From positions 1 through 30,775 of the forward strand of contig JAQGDQ010002455.1 of the NCBI GenBank assembly GCA_030141605.1: a stretch of 30,775 bases of DNA, in the 5' to 3' direction. The notes beneath the pieces are model-generated. The model saw only the letters and a program-made list of their open reading frames with translations, was not told the origin of the DNA and ran no database searches. The stretch's first letter is position 1; each line of letters begins with the position of its first letter. This document shows positions 1 to 8,895 of this stretch, piece by piece. The position numbers were made by a program, and so were the translations under genes. This DNA is from Tubiluchus corallicola (lineage: Eukaryota > Animalia > Priapulida).

Positions 1-928
1 TAAGGATATATTTGATTTTGTGGAGAGGGTAAATCTTCAGGCGGTAAATAAAAAGAGTATAGAGTCGTTGGCCATGGCCGGGGCGTTTGATGGGTTTGAA
101 GGTCTTCACCGGTCACATTTTTTTGCTGAGAACAGCAGTGAGAAGTCCTTTGCCGAGACACTGTTGAGGTATGGGAATCTTGTTCGAGAGGATAGCAATA
201 GTGAGATGGAGTCTCTTTTTGGTGATAGTGAGGGGCTTGAGATTAAGAAGCCCTCTATCCCCGATGTGCCGGAGTACCCTAAGCTGAAGTTGCTTGAGAA
301 TGAGAAAGCTGTGGTTGGTGTTTATTTGTCAGCACATCCACTTGATCCCTATAAGTTTGATATGGAGCGTTTTTGTACTACAGGGGTTACATTGTTTAAG
401 CTTAGTGAGGATATAGGCAGTTTTCAAAATAGAGACATCATCTTTGCGGGGATGGTGGAGAGTGCTCACGAGTCGGTGTCCAAAAACGGTAATCCTTTTT
501 CTGTTATGACAATGATTGATTATACCGGGTCATACAAGATGTTTCTTTTTGGCAGGCAGTATATCGATTTTGGGAAGTTTTGCAAGTCCGGCCTGCTTTT
601 AATTGTAACGGGGAGAGTGTTGCAGAATAGAGGCCGTGATACTTGGGATTTTAGGATTAAGGATATTGATCTGCTGTCGGAGAAGCGGGAGCAGATTGAC
701 AGGGTGGTTATTGAGGTGCCGTCAGAGAGTGTTACCCCTGAGTTTGTTAATGAGCTTGGCGTATTGGCTGATAAGAACGGGGGGAAAACAGCCATTCAGT
801 TTGCTATCAGGGATGAAAAGGAGAGGTGTGTAGTGAGAAAGTTTTCAAGGATGAAAAGAATAATACTTTCAGATGAGGTTTTGGACTATCTGCAAAAAAG
901 AGAGGATATTGTTTTTACAATTAATTAA
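1..928 (+). CDS. dnaE: DNA polymerase III alpha subunit, C-terminal part (5' end outside window)
   Basis: Frame is open from nt 2 (KDIFDFVERVN...). It has the HhH-like NKKSIESLAMAGAFD, EKAVVGVYLSAHPLD and a C-terminal OB-fold typical of DnaE. Confidence 0.95.
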   Translation, partial: KDIFDFVERVNLQAVNKKSIESLAMAGAFDGFEGLHRSHFFAENSSEKSFAETLLRYGNLVREDSNSEMESLFGDSEGLEIKKPSIPDVPEYPKLKLLENEKAVVGVYLSAHPLDPYKFDMERFCTTGVTLFKLSEDIGSFQNRDIIFAGMVESAHESVSKNGNPFSVMTMIDYTGSYKMFLFGRQYIDFGKFCKSGLLLIVTGRVLQNRGRDTWDFRIKDIDLLSEKREQIDRVVIEVPSESVTPEFVNELGVLADKNGGKTAIQFAIRDEKERCVVRKFSRMKRIILSDEVLDYLQKREDIVFTIN

Positions 929-932
929 TTTG

Positions 933-940
933 TAAATTTG
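933..940 (+). promoter_or_regulatory. Bacteroidetes sigma-ABfr -7 element for trxA
   Basis: TAAATTTG matches the TAnnTTTG consensus about 50 nt upstream of the trxA ATG. Confidence 0.55.
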
Positions 941-991
941 AACTGTGAATAGATTAATTTTATATTATAATACTTATTAACAATTATTGTT

Positions 992-1309
992 ATGGCAATT
1001 GATGTAACTGATGCTAGCTTTGAAGAGATAGTTCTCCAGTCAGACAAACCTGTGCTTGTTGATTTTTGGGCGGAGTGGTGTGGCCCGTGTCGCATGATTA
1101 CGCCTATAGTTGAGGAAATGTCAGGTGATTATGAGGGGAGGGCTGTTATTACAAAAATGAATGTTGACAATAGCCCGGAAACTGCTGCGAAGTTTGGTAT
1201 ACGTAATATTCCTACTATTCTTTTCTTCAAGAATGGAGAGGTTGTAGACAAGCAGGTTGGGGCAGCGCATAAAACTGCACTTGCATCTAAGCTTGATGCA
1301 CTTTTGTAG
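992..1309 (+). CDS. trxA: Thioredoxin
   Basis: 105 aa with the VDFWAEWCGPC active site and the cis-Pro motif IPT. Confidence 0.97.
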   Translation: MAIDVTDASFEEIVLQSDKPVLVDFWAEWCGPCRMITPIVEEMSGDYEGRAVITKMNVDNSPETAAKFGIRNIPTILFFKNGEVVDKQVGAAHKTALASKLDALL

Positions 1310-1331
1310 GTGTTAATGTTTTCATAGCTTT

Positions 1332-1369
1332 AAAAGAGGCGTAAGGTTTTTACACCTCTTTTATTTTTT
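1332..1369 (+). terminator. Intrinsic terminator after trxA, possibly bidirectional
   Basis: AAAAGAGGCGTAA...TTACACCTCTTTT inverted repeat (one mismatch) followed by a T-rich tract. Confidence 0.7.
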
Positions 1370-1445
1370 CAAAGTTCTTATTTACTACCCGTAAACTATT
1401 GGTTTTCCATCGATTTTTATCAATCTGAAAATCTAAGCACCTGGT
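1363..1445 (+). repeat. Partial copy of the dispersed MITE-like element
   Basis: AAAGTTCTTATTTAC...CATCGATTTTTTATCAATCTGAA matches the internal core of the other copies. Ends are not recognisable. Confidence 0.5.
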
Positions 1446-1978
1446 CGTCCCTTAAGAATTAATTTTTGTTGAGATCAAAATTTACTATTTGTATATTTTT
1501 ATCTGACATACAATAGAGTCCTCCGGAGTCTTTTAAAAAAAAGCGTACAGCTCGTATTGACGATTATACAGTTGTTTTTGAAGTAGTGCATTCTTGATAC
1601 AAAATAGGCAAAAGTCAATCCGTGTAAAGGATTTTGATGAAAGCCTATGCTGCTGGCTTCACTATTTTCTCAGACCCCGCCTTTTGGTAAAAGGCTCAAT
1701 CAGTGAGAAGATTTTTTCGCTCCACCTTTCGCTGTTTTTCTATCAAAACCATTTATTTAAGGGCAGTTTTCTCTGTTTCGCAGAGCTTGTAAGGTTCATC
1801 CGGTTTTGACTTGACGATTTTCCTATCATAACCTGCAAGGTCTTACATGAAAGCTATAATAATCCTTGCAATTTAGGACACTATAGTCCAACAAGCTTTC
1901 AGCTATACATTGCTGATCTTGAATAATTTGAGTTTAATTTAAGGAGCGACTATCTATTCTTACAAAGGCTTTGTTAGG

Positions 1979-3028
1979 TTAAATAACCAGCATGGCGTCT
2001 CCATAGGTGCCGAACCTGTATTTTTCTTTTATAGCTACTTGATAGGCGTTTATCAATTGCTCATAGCCGGCAAATGCAGCTACCATCATCATTAGTGTAG
2101 ATAAGGGTAGGTGAAAATTGGATACCATAGAGTTGGCCACGTTAAATTCGTAGGGAGGAAATATAAATTTATTTGTCCACCCTTCAAATGATTTCAAAAG
2201 GCCTGTGGTTGACACCGAGCTTTCCAGAGTACGCATTACTGTTGTTCCAACTGCACAGATATGACGTTTTGCTTTTTTTGATTTGTTTACCATGTTTGCG
2301 ACATCATTGGGTATCCATATCTGTTCGGAGTCCATTTTATGCTTTGTAAGGTCTTCCACATCAACACTGCGGAAGTTTCCTAAGCCTACGTGAAGGGTTA
2401 TGTTTGCAAATCCTACCCCTTTTATTTCAAGCCTTTTCATAAGTTCACGGCTAAAGTGCAGTCCTGCAGTAGGTGCAGCTACTGCTCCCTCATGCTCCGC
2501 AAATATGGTCTGGTAACGTTCTGTGTCTGATTTTTCTACGGGGCGCTGTATTGATTTTGGCAGGGGAGTTTCTCCCAGGCTATACAGGGTTTTTTTAAAG
2601 TCATTGTAGGTGCCATCGTATAGAAATCGCAAAGTTCTACCGCGTGATGTAGTGTTGTCTATTACTTCGGCAACAAGCATGTCATTTTCTCCAAAGTATA
2701 GTTTATTCCCAATTCGTATCTTTCGTGCAGGGTCAACCAGTACATCCCACAAGCGTTGTTCACGGTTCAGCTCTCTTAAAAGAAATACTTCAATATGCGC
2801 TCTTGTTTTCTCTTTTTTGCCACGCAGGCGAGCGGGAAAGACTTTGGTATTATTGAAGACCATTACATCTTCGTTGTCGAAATAGTTTATGATTTCTTTA
2901 AATTCTTTGTGTTCGATCTTTCCTGTGTTACGATGCAGTATCATCATTCTTGATTCATCCCTATTAAGGGTGGGATGTAAAGCGATCAACTCATCCGGTA
3001 GGTTATATCTAAATTTGGATAACTTCAT
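1979..3028 (-). CDS. queA: S-adenosylmethionine:tRNA ribosyltransferase-isomerase
   Basis: Motifs [44 protein letters not shown] and [12 protein letters not shown]. Confidence 0.97.
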   Translation of the reverse strand: MKLSKFRYNLPDELIALHPTLNRDESRMMILHRNTGKIEHKEFKEIINYFDNEDVMVFNNTKVFPARLRGKKEKTRAHIEVFLLRELNREQRLWDVLVDPARKIRIGNKLYFGENDMLVAEVIDNTTSRGRTLRFLYDGTYNDFKKTLYSLGETPLPKSIQRPVEKSDTERYQTIFAEHEGAVAAPTAGLHFSRELMKRLEIKGVGFANITLHVGLGNFRSVDVEDLTKHKMDSEQIWIPNDVANMVNKSKKAKRHICAVGTTVMRTLESSVSTTGLLKSFEGWTNKFIFPPYEFNVANSMVSNFHLPLSTLMMMVAAFAGYEQLINAYQVAIKEKYRFGTYGDAMLVI

Positions 3029-3062
3029 AAAATACAGTTATTATAACAATAATAAGTCTTAT

Positions 3063-3779
3063 TTAATTCTGTGTGAGTACAGCTTTCTGGCTGGTAAGCT
3101 GTATAAACTCATCAACTTCAAATACGTTTGACATGGAGTATTTCCCAACTTTTGTCCTTTGTAGCCCTTCCAGGTAAGCACCACTTTTCATGGCTTTACC
3201 TATATCACGGGCGAGAGCTCGTATGTATGTGCCTTTACTACATTTTATTTTTAGTTTAAGGTTTGTTTTTGAAAAAAACATTATTTCTATTTTGTCAATA
3301 GTGAGCACTTTGGCTTTAAGCTGAACTTTTTCACCTTTTCTGGCGTATTCATATGCCTTTTTTCCTCCAATTTTTACCGCAGAGTATATTGGTGGCACCT
3401 GTTCTATTTTCCCTACGAACTTTCTTAAGGTGGTTTCTACCAGCTCTTTATTAATATGATCAGTTTCAAACTGCTTATCTTCCTCTGTTTCTAGGTCGTA
3501 TGATGGGGTTGTAGCCCCAAGTTTTAATGTTGCAATATACTCTTTAGTTTTTTCCTGTAAGCCTTCGATCTTTTTTGTCGCTTTTCCCGTACACAATACC
3601 ATTACACCGGATGCCATTGGGTCAAGAGTACCCGCATGCCCTACTTTCAATTTCTTGATCTCCAGTTGTCGGCAAAGATGGTTCCTGATTTTTTGAACCA
3701 GGTCGAATGATGTCCATCCTAAAGGTTTATTGAAGGCGATAATCTCACCCGCTTGAAAATCAAAGTGAATCTTTTGCAA
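3063..3779 (-). CDS. truB: tRNA pseudouridine(55) synthase
   Basis: NKPLGWTSFD, KVGHAGTLDPMASG (catalytic Asp), PPIYSAVKIGG and CSKGTYIRAL. The start is a TTG lying inside a MITE end. Confidence 0.96.
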   Translation of the reverse strand: MQKIHFDFQAGEIIAFNKPLGWTSFDLVQKIRNHLCRQLEIKKLKVGHAGTLDPMASGVMVLCTGKATKKIEGLQEKTKEYIATLKLGATTPSYDLETEEDKQFETDHINKELVETTLRKFVGKIEQVPPIYSAVKIGGKKAYEYARKGEKVQLKAKVLTIDKIEIMFFSKTNLKLKIKCSKGTYIRALARDIGKAMKSGAYLEGLQRTKVGKYSMSNVFEVDEFIQLTSQKAVLTQN

Positions 3780-3874
3780 AACTCATTTTTTATTAATATT
3801 CTCTTCAAAGTCCTAATTTACATCAGTAAATTGTGATTTTTCATCAAATTTTCCTTCAATCTTGCAAAGACCTC
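3767..3874 (+). mobile_element. MITE-like element with IS5-type ends
   Basis: Begins GAATCTTTTGCAAAACTC, ends CTTGCAAAGACCTC. Core AAAGTCCTAATTTACATCAGTAAATTGTGATTTTTCATCAAATTTTCC is shared with other copies. Confidence 0.7.
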
Positions 3875-3946
3875 AAAGTTGCAATCAATCGTTATTTGCT
3901 ATAACTATCTCAAAGCGTATATGCCGCGCATGTGTAGCGCTGCAAT

Positions 3947-4732
3947 TTACAGGGATACAAAGATAGTGATAATACCAATAATAGCACAGTATGCAGCAAA
4001 ATAGATTAGTTTTCCTTTTTTTACAAGGTGAATCATCCACCTGCATGCTACGAATCCTGAAAGAAATGCAGAGATAAACCCTGCCAGTAATGGCGCTACC
4101 CCGATATTTGAGCTTACTGCTATGTCTCCATCTATAATGTTGATAAGGTTAATTCCGATAATAGGTATAAGGACCATAAGGAATGAGAACCTGGCTGCTT
4201 TTTCTCTGTTTACTCCCAGGAGCATTGCGGCAGCAATGGTTGAGCCGGACCTCGATATTCCCGGTAGGATTGCAAATGCCTGTACAACCCCTATCAGGAA
4301 CGAGTTGGGAAGTGATACCTCTTTTTCTTTTGCTTTAGCGAAAAATGTAAAGGCTAAAAGAAGCGCCGTAATTAACAGCATGCTTCCTACAAGGACGAGA
4401 TTTCCGGAAAAGATTGATTCGATTTTATTTTTAAGGAGTAGTCCTGCAATTCCTATTGGAATTATAGAGATAATTATTTTAATAATATATCGGGACTCTT
4501 CGTTCCATTTAAAGTTGAGGCATCCTTTTATGAGAGCAGAAATATCTTTTCTAAATACAATAATTGTGCTTAACGCGGTAGCTCCATGTACTACTGTGGT
4601 AAATAACAGGTTGCTATCCCCTTCTATATTCCAGATAGCATGCCCTAGTTCGAGATGTCCGCTTGAGCTAATTGGTAGAAATTCTGTTGCACCCTGAATC
4701 AACCCAAGCAAAATCGCGTGAATAATTTCCAT
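3947..4732 (-). CDS. uppP: Undecaprenyl-diphosphate phosphatase (BacA/UppP)
   Basis: QGATEFLPISSSGH and PGISRSGSTI signature motifs in a polytopic membrane protein. Confidence 0.96.
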   Translation of the reverse strand: MEIIHAILLGLIQGATEFLPISSSGHLELGHAIWNIEGDSNLLFTTVVHGATALSTIIVFRKDISALIKGCLNFKWNEESRYIIKIIISIIPIGIAGLLLKNKIESIFSGNLVLVGSMLLITALLLAFTFFAKAKEKEVSLPNSFLIGVVQAFAILPGISRSGSTIAAAMLLGVNREKAARFSFLMVLIPIIGINLINIIDGDIAVSSNIGVAPLLAGFISAFLSGFVACRWMIHLVKKGKLIYFAAYCAIIGIITIFVSL

Positions 4733-4743
4733 ACACCTTAACT

Positions 4744-5058
4744 TTACTTACGGGTTGGTTTTTTCATAATGGCGTAATTTCGAATAGGAATCCGAAAAGA
4801 ACCACCATACTTACGGGTTGGTTTTTTCATAATGGCGTAGATTTCGAATAGGAATCCGAAAAGAACCACCATAGGGGCAACCGTGATACGTCTAAAGTTA
4901 TATATTTCAGAGTTAAATACATTAGGATCTTCACTCCTGCCTCCAACCATTAGTGACAGTCCAATGACTATAAAGAGGAACCCTAGTATTATAAGTCTAT
5001 AATTTTGTTTTCCAATGGCAAAGCCTGCATCTTCTTGTTGTTTATTTTTTGTAGTCAT
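4744..5058 (-). CDS. DUF3098-family small membrane protein with a duplicated C-terminal extension
   Basis: GKQNY...GGRSEDPNVFNSEIYNFRRITVAP...YAIMKKP pattern. It sits in the ftsX-DUF3098-uppP-truB order common in Bacteroidetes. Confidence 0.85.
   Translation of the reverse strand: MTTKNKQQEDAGFAIGKQNYRLIILGFLFIVIGLSLMVGGRSEDPNVFNSEIYNFRRITVAPMVVLFGFLFEIYAIMKKPTRKYGGSFRIPIRNYAIMKKPTRK
4745..4871. repeat. Tandem duplication, 63 bp (4745-4807) plus 64 bp (4808-4871)
   Basis: TACTTACGGGTTGGTTTTTTCATAATGGCGTA(G)ATTTCGAATAGGAATCCGAAAAGAACCACCA occurs twice, identical except for one G. Confidence 0.97.
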
Positions 5059-5075
5059 TTTTTTAATAATGTATA

Positions 5076-5954
5076 TTAATAAAAGAGTTCGTCGAACTTC
5101 ATTTTTAGAAATTTATTCACAGCAAAATACGTTGAGATACCGGAGATTATTATGCCGACAGCAAATACAATTCCCCCCAATATGGCCAGTTGCCACTGGT
5201 TTTGAAAGTCAATCAGAACTTTTAGTTCTGATTGGTATGAAAATATAAGCCCAAGTATCATAAGCCACGCAATAATTGACCCGTATACTCCATGTAGCAC
5301 ACCTTTTAATATAAGAGGCCGCCGTATAAACGAGCGGGTGGCGCCAACAAGTTGCATTGTATTTATAAGAAAACGGTTTGAGTAAATGGATAGCCTTATT
5401 GCGTTGTTTATCAGGGCTATGAAGATAGTTAGCATTAGCCCGCTTAATACCAGTAGTATAAAGCTGATTTTATTCACATTTTTGTTTAGCTGTTTTACCA
5501 GGTTATGATGATAATGTACTTCTCTTACTTCCGGAAGCATGAGGTATCTACTTTCGAGCACATTCAGGCTATCGGGGTTTGCATATTTTGCAAATACTTT
5601 TACCTCAATAGATTCCAGTAATGGGTTATATCCCAGGAAGTCGACAAAGTCCTCTCCCAGTTCATTTTTTAGTTTTTCCGCAGCGCTTTTTTTGTCGACA
5701 AATTTTGTTGACTTTATATATTCAGTGGCATCAAGATTTTTTTGTAATTTTATAATATCTACTTCACGGGAGCCACTTTCCAGGACAAGAGTTACTCCAA
5801 CATTTTCCATTACATAGTCGGACAGGCGCTTTGCATTCATAAGCAGTATTCCCATTAGTCCTACCAGAAATAAGACCATTGATATGCTTAATGTTGTTGT
5901 AAAGTAAGATCCAAGCAGCCTTTTTTTTGCCTTTTTAGGTTTTCTTTTAACCAT
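5076..5954 (-). CDS. ftsX: Cell division permease-like protein FtsX
   Basis: TTTLSISMVLFLVG, DFLGYNPL, INNAIRLSIYSNRFLINTMQLVGATRSFIRRP and four TM segments. Confidence 0.93.
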   Translation of the reverse strand: MVKRKPKKAKKRLLGSYFTTTLSISMVLFLVGLMGILLMNAKRLSDYVMENVGVTLVLESGSREVDIIKLQKNLDATEYIKSTKFVDKKSAAEKLKNELGEDFVDFLGYNPLLESIEVKVFAKYANPDSLNVLESRYLMLPEVREVHYHHNLVKQLNKNVNKISFILLVLSGLMLTIFIALINNAIRLSIYSNRFLINTMQLVGATRSFIRRPLILKGVLHGVYGSIIAWLMILGLIFSYQSELKVLIDFQNQWQLAILGGIVFAVGIIISGISTYFAVNKFLKMKFDELFY

Positions 5955-6006
5955 ATTTCATTTTTACTTAGGTTATTGTATCCCGCATTACGGGTGTGTT
6001 TTGCCC

Positions 6007-6136
6007 CGGTACTTTTATAGAGTTCATATTTTTATTAATATCCTTATTAAAGTCCTTTACCTACATCAATAAGCTGCAGTTTTTTATCGGATTTTTTCTC
6101 AGCCTAAACCAAGGTTTACTGCTCTGCAAAGGTCTT
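6007..6136 (+). mobile_element. MITE-like element copy
   Basis: Right end CTGCAAAGGTCTT. Core AAAGTCCTTTACCTACATCAATAAGCTGCAGTTTTTTATCGGATTTTTTCTCAGCCTAAACCAA. Confidence 0.7.
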
Positions 6137-6168
6137 GCTTTATATGGCTCTATTCCGAAACTGCCACA

Positions 6169-6176
6169 CAAATATA
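6169..6176 (-). promoter_or_regulatory. -7 element for the ftsX operon
   Basis: CAAATATA on + reads TATATTTG (TAnnTTTG) on the minus strand. Confidence 0.5.
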
Positions 6177-6203
6177 CAATAGAATGAGTGATTTTTATTA
6201 TTT

Positions 6204-6330
6204 GAGGCCTTTACAAAGTCCATCTTTTTGTCAAAGTCCTATTCAAAACCCCTTTATTTAGATTGAAAGACTGTGTTTTTTATCGAATTTTTCCTCAATC
6301 TGAGTCAAAATTCCCATTTTGCCGGCAAGC
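6204..6330 (+). mobile_element. MITE-like element copy, right end degenerate
   Basis: Left end GAGGCCTTTACAAAGTCC. Core GTCAAAGTCCT...TTTTTTATCGAATTTTTCCTCAATCTGAGTCAAAA. Confidence 0.65.
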
Positions 6331-6511
6331 TGTGATCTTTTGTTGAACCCAAACTTGTCAATTCAATATGATAAAAGTATCTGTGGAAGTCGATTTCTGC
6401 AATACCAGGTAATGGCCTCTTAAAGTATTTTTCAGCAAGTTCTACTATGGAATTATATACCCCTAGTGGTATTTGCTGTGCTGTTTGGGCCTCTAAAATA
6501 TTACGAGTCAT
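6305..6511 (-). pseudogene. Short hypothetical ORF, probably a gene remnant running into a MITE
   Basis: ATG start and protein-like composition, but the last codons and stop fall in the MITE copy at 6204-6330. No family recognised. Confidence 0.3.
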
Positions 6512-6650
6512 GGACTCATAATAATGTAAAATTTAATATTTTAATGCAAAAAAACATTATATTGTACCCAGAACCGGCAGGATGTATGAAAGGTTTTTAT
6601 ATCTAATAGTTAGGCAACATAAAATAAGCGATAATACAACCATACCGTAG

Positions 6651-6880
6651 ATTTTCGCAGGTTACCGAAGTGTAATACAGATTGCAGATGGAATTAATCA
6701 TGCTGAACCAACAGATAAAGAGGTGTAAATTTCAACAAGATGGCTTTGTAAAAGCGGATTTAATTTCCAGGAGAGGGTAAAAGATACTATTCTTTCTAAA
6801 TTAGGGGAGAGAGTGTTTTTCTAATTCAATAGAGAATATATCGATATTGAAAAGGTATGGGATAACCTAAATACTAAAAC
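6651..6880 (+). pseudogene. Degraded small hypothetical gene between attC-like sites
   Basis: Frame from 6651 reads IFAGYRSVIQIADGINHAEPTDKEV*ISTRWLCKSG, with an in-frame TAA at 6726 and apparent later frameshifts. From memory it resembles small Bacteroidetes hypothetical proteins; not verified. Confidence 0.4.
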
Positions 6881-7038
6881 TTAGATAGTAAAATTTCAAG
6901 TTTCTTATACGGTAGATAAGAATGCAGCCTGCAAGTTCAACTGTTTTCATATAGGCGGAGCGCTGGCAAATATTAAAAACTAAAAATACTAAATCTTAAA
7001 ATCTTAATTTGGTTGGGAAGTTAGATTTTAAGAATAAA

Positions 7039-7617
7039 ATGATAGTGAGACGATCATTTCTTACTATTCTAGTCCTTACTCTTACCGTAATATCTCTTTA
7101 CGGTCAGGATAAATTTACTTTTGGAATTGGTTATTATGGAGAAAGGATAACACATCCTGGGTTTTACTTACAATCCGAATATACTGGTATAGATAATGAA
7201 AAGATAGTCAGCTTTCCTATAAGAGCAGGTATTGGCTACTATTTTCATAAGAGAAGTCATCAAGCTATTTTTCTTGATCTTGCGCCATCTGTACGCCATA
7301 CTTTCAAAAATCAAATGTTTGTTGGTGCTGGGGCAGGCTTGGGAATTATGAGCTCGTGGTATCATTCAGATCTTGGCGTTTTTGAGGTCGATCACTTAGG
7401 TAATGTCACTCAAGTTTCAAACTATGCAGGTATTGATTTTATGCCATCATTTTATATCGACTTTGGTTATAAAATTCTATCAGTAGAAGAGTATGACCAC
7501 TACATTTGGTTTAGACCAAATGCATTTTTGCAACTGCCAGAAAATGATGGCTTTGTTTTTCACTATAGCATTGCCTTAGGTTACTCCATTCGATTTACTA
7601 GCAATAAAAATAATTAG
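7039..7617 (+). CDS. Hypothetical exported protein, possible small outer-membrane beta-barrel
   Basis: ATG at 7039 gives the signal peptide MIVRRSFLTILVLTLTVISLYG-Q. It has amphipathic aromatic-rich strands ending IALGYSIRF. Confidence 0.65.
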   Translation: MIVRRSFLTILVLTLTVISLYGQDKFTFGIGYYGERITHPGFYLQSEYTGIDNEKIVSFPIRAGIGYYFHKRSHQAIFLDLAPSVRHTFKNQMFVGAGAGLGIMSSWYHSDLGVFEVDHLGNVTQVSNYAGIDFMPSFYIDFGYKILSVEEYDHYIWFRPNAFLQLPENDGFVFHYSIALGYSIRFTSNKNN

Positions 7618-7619
7618 TT

Positions 7620-8639
7620 ATGCAAAGGGTTTTACTACTATTGGTTATTATTCCAATTATCTTTTCTTGTAAAAAGACAGAGCACTGGAACACTGAAGGG
7701 GAGACTATGTATTTAAAAACAGATGATGCAGTACTACCGATATGGATAACAGGTAATGTTGCATCCGGGATTTTCATCATTTGCAATCATGGAGGGCCAG
7801 GATTTGGCTCAGCTTTTGATTTTCACACTGCAACCTCATTTAGAAATTTAGAAAAAGAGTATGCTGTGGTTTATTATGATCAGCGCTTTGCGGGAAATAG
7901 CAAAGGAGACCCGATAACTGGGAGCATTACACTTCAGCATCATATTACTGATCTTGATAGGGTTATTACATTGATAGAACACCATTATTCTCCAGGCTCA
8001 ATCTTTATTTATGGTCACAGCTGGGGAGGAGGATTAACTATCAGCTATTTAGGATGGGAGGGTATGAATAAAACAATAAATGGGTGGATAAACTCAAATG
8101 GCTCTTTGCAAGATCGCTGGGAAATGGAACTTAAAAGGGAGTGGCAAATACCAAGAGCCCAAGCAAAGTATAATGAAACAGGAGACCAAAAATGGCTGGA
8201 TATCATAGATTGGTGGACAAAAAATCCATATCCTGATGAGGGGGATAATGAACCCTATCAATTTGTAGATATGTTAGATGGTTGGATATATGACGAAGAC
8301 GAAGCGAATGCCCTCAATCCATATTCAAAAGGGGAGAAGCATTTTTTCTCTTTTTTTCAAATAATGCCTTGGACTGATGTTTATAATTATACCAACTTTG
8401 TTGCGGGATATAACTTTATGCCTGCTGCCCCAAAAATATTACAACCGTCACTATTGATTTGGGGTAAAGAAGATGGATCTGTACCTTTTCAAGTAGCCGA
8501 TTCATTATATACTTTAATTCAAACACCAGAAGCTGATAAATACAAATATGTGTTAGAGGAGTGTGGGCATACTCCTCATTGGGAAAAACCTAATAAGTTT
8601 TATTCTTTAGTGGTTGAATTTATAGAAAAATATAAATAA
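7620..8639 (+). CDS. Alpha/beta-fold hydrolase lipoprotein (proline iminopeptidase-like)
   Basis: Lipobox-like IIFSC, oxyanion HGGPG, YDQR, nucleophile GHSWGG, acid GKEDG and catalytic His in CGHTPH. Confidence 0.88.
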   Translation: MQRVLLLLVIIPIIFSCKKTEHWNTEGETMYLKTDDAVLPIWITGNVASGIFIICNHGGPGFGSAFDFHTATSFRNLEKEYAVVYYDQRFAGNSKGDPITGSITLQHHITDLDRVITLIEHHYSPGSIFIYGHSWGGGLTISYLGWEGMNKTINGWINSNGSLQDRWEMELKREWQIPRAQAKYNETGDQKWLDIIDWWTKNPYPDEGDNEPYQFVDMLDGWIYDEDEANALNPYSKGEKHFFSFFQIMPWTDVYNYTNFVAGYNFMPAAPKILQPSLLIWGKEDGSVPFQVADSLYTLIQTPEADKYKYVLEECGHTPHWEKPNKFYSLVVEFIEKYK

Positions 8640-8895
8640 CCTTTGCTAAAACGTGTTATGCGTAATGTCGGCAGATGTGTATTGGATTACAGTGATTTAG
8701 GCATAAAAACTTTATAGCTTACACATTACTCGGGTATTAAATCGGTTGACCAAGCCAAATTTGATAATTCATGGCAAAGTATTGAAAGCGTAGCTGCAAC
8801 TAACTATGCGACAGATGATAGGGGATATGGGGTATATAGAATTGCATTTTAATGAGATTAAGGAGCTGAAAAAGGTTCTGTTTTTGCTCCCCTGT

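Noticed and set aside
5076-5954. ftsX without an adjacent ftsE
   Set aside because: ftsE is commonly unlinked in Bacteroidetes, and the ftsX-DUF3098-uppP-truB order is ordinary.
5996-6187. 63-aa ORF here, and similar ORFs at 1594-1809 and 26458-26661
   Set aside because: They overlap MITE-like or T-rich intergenic DNA and have no protein-like motifs.
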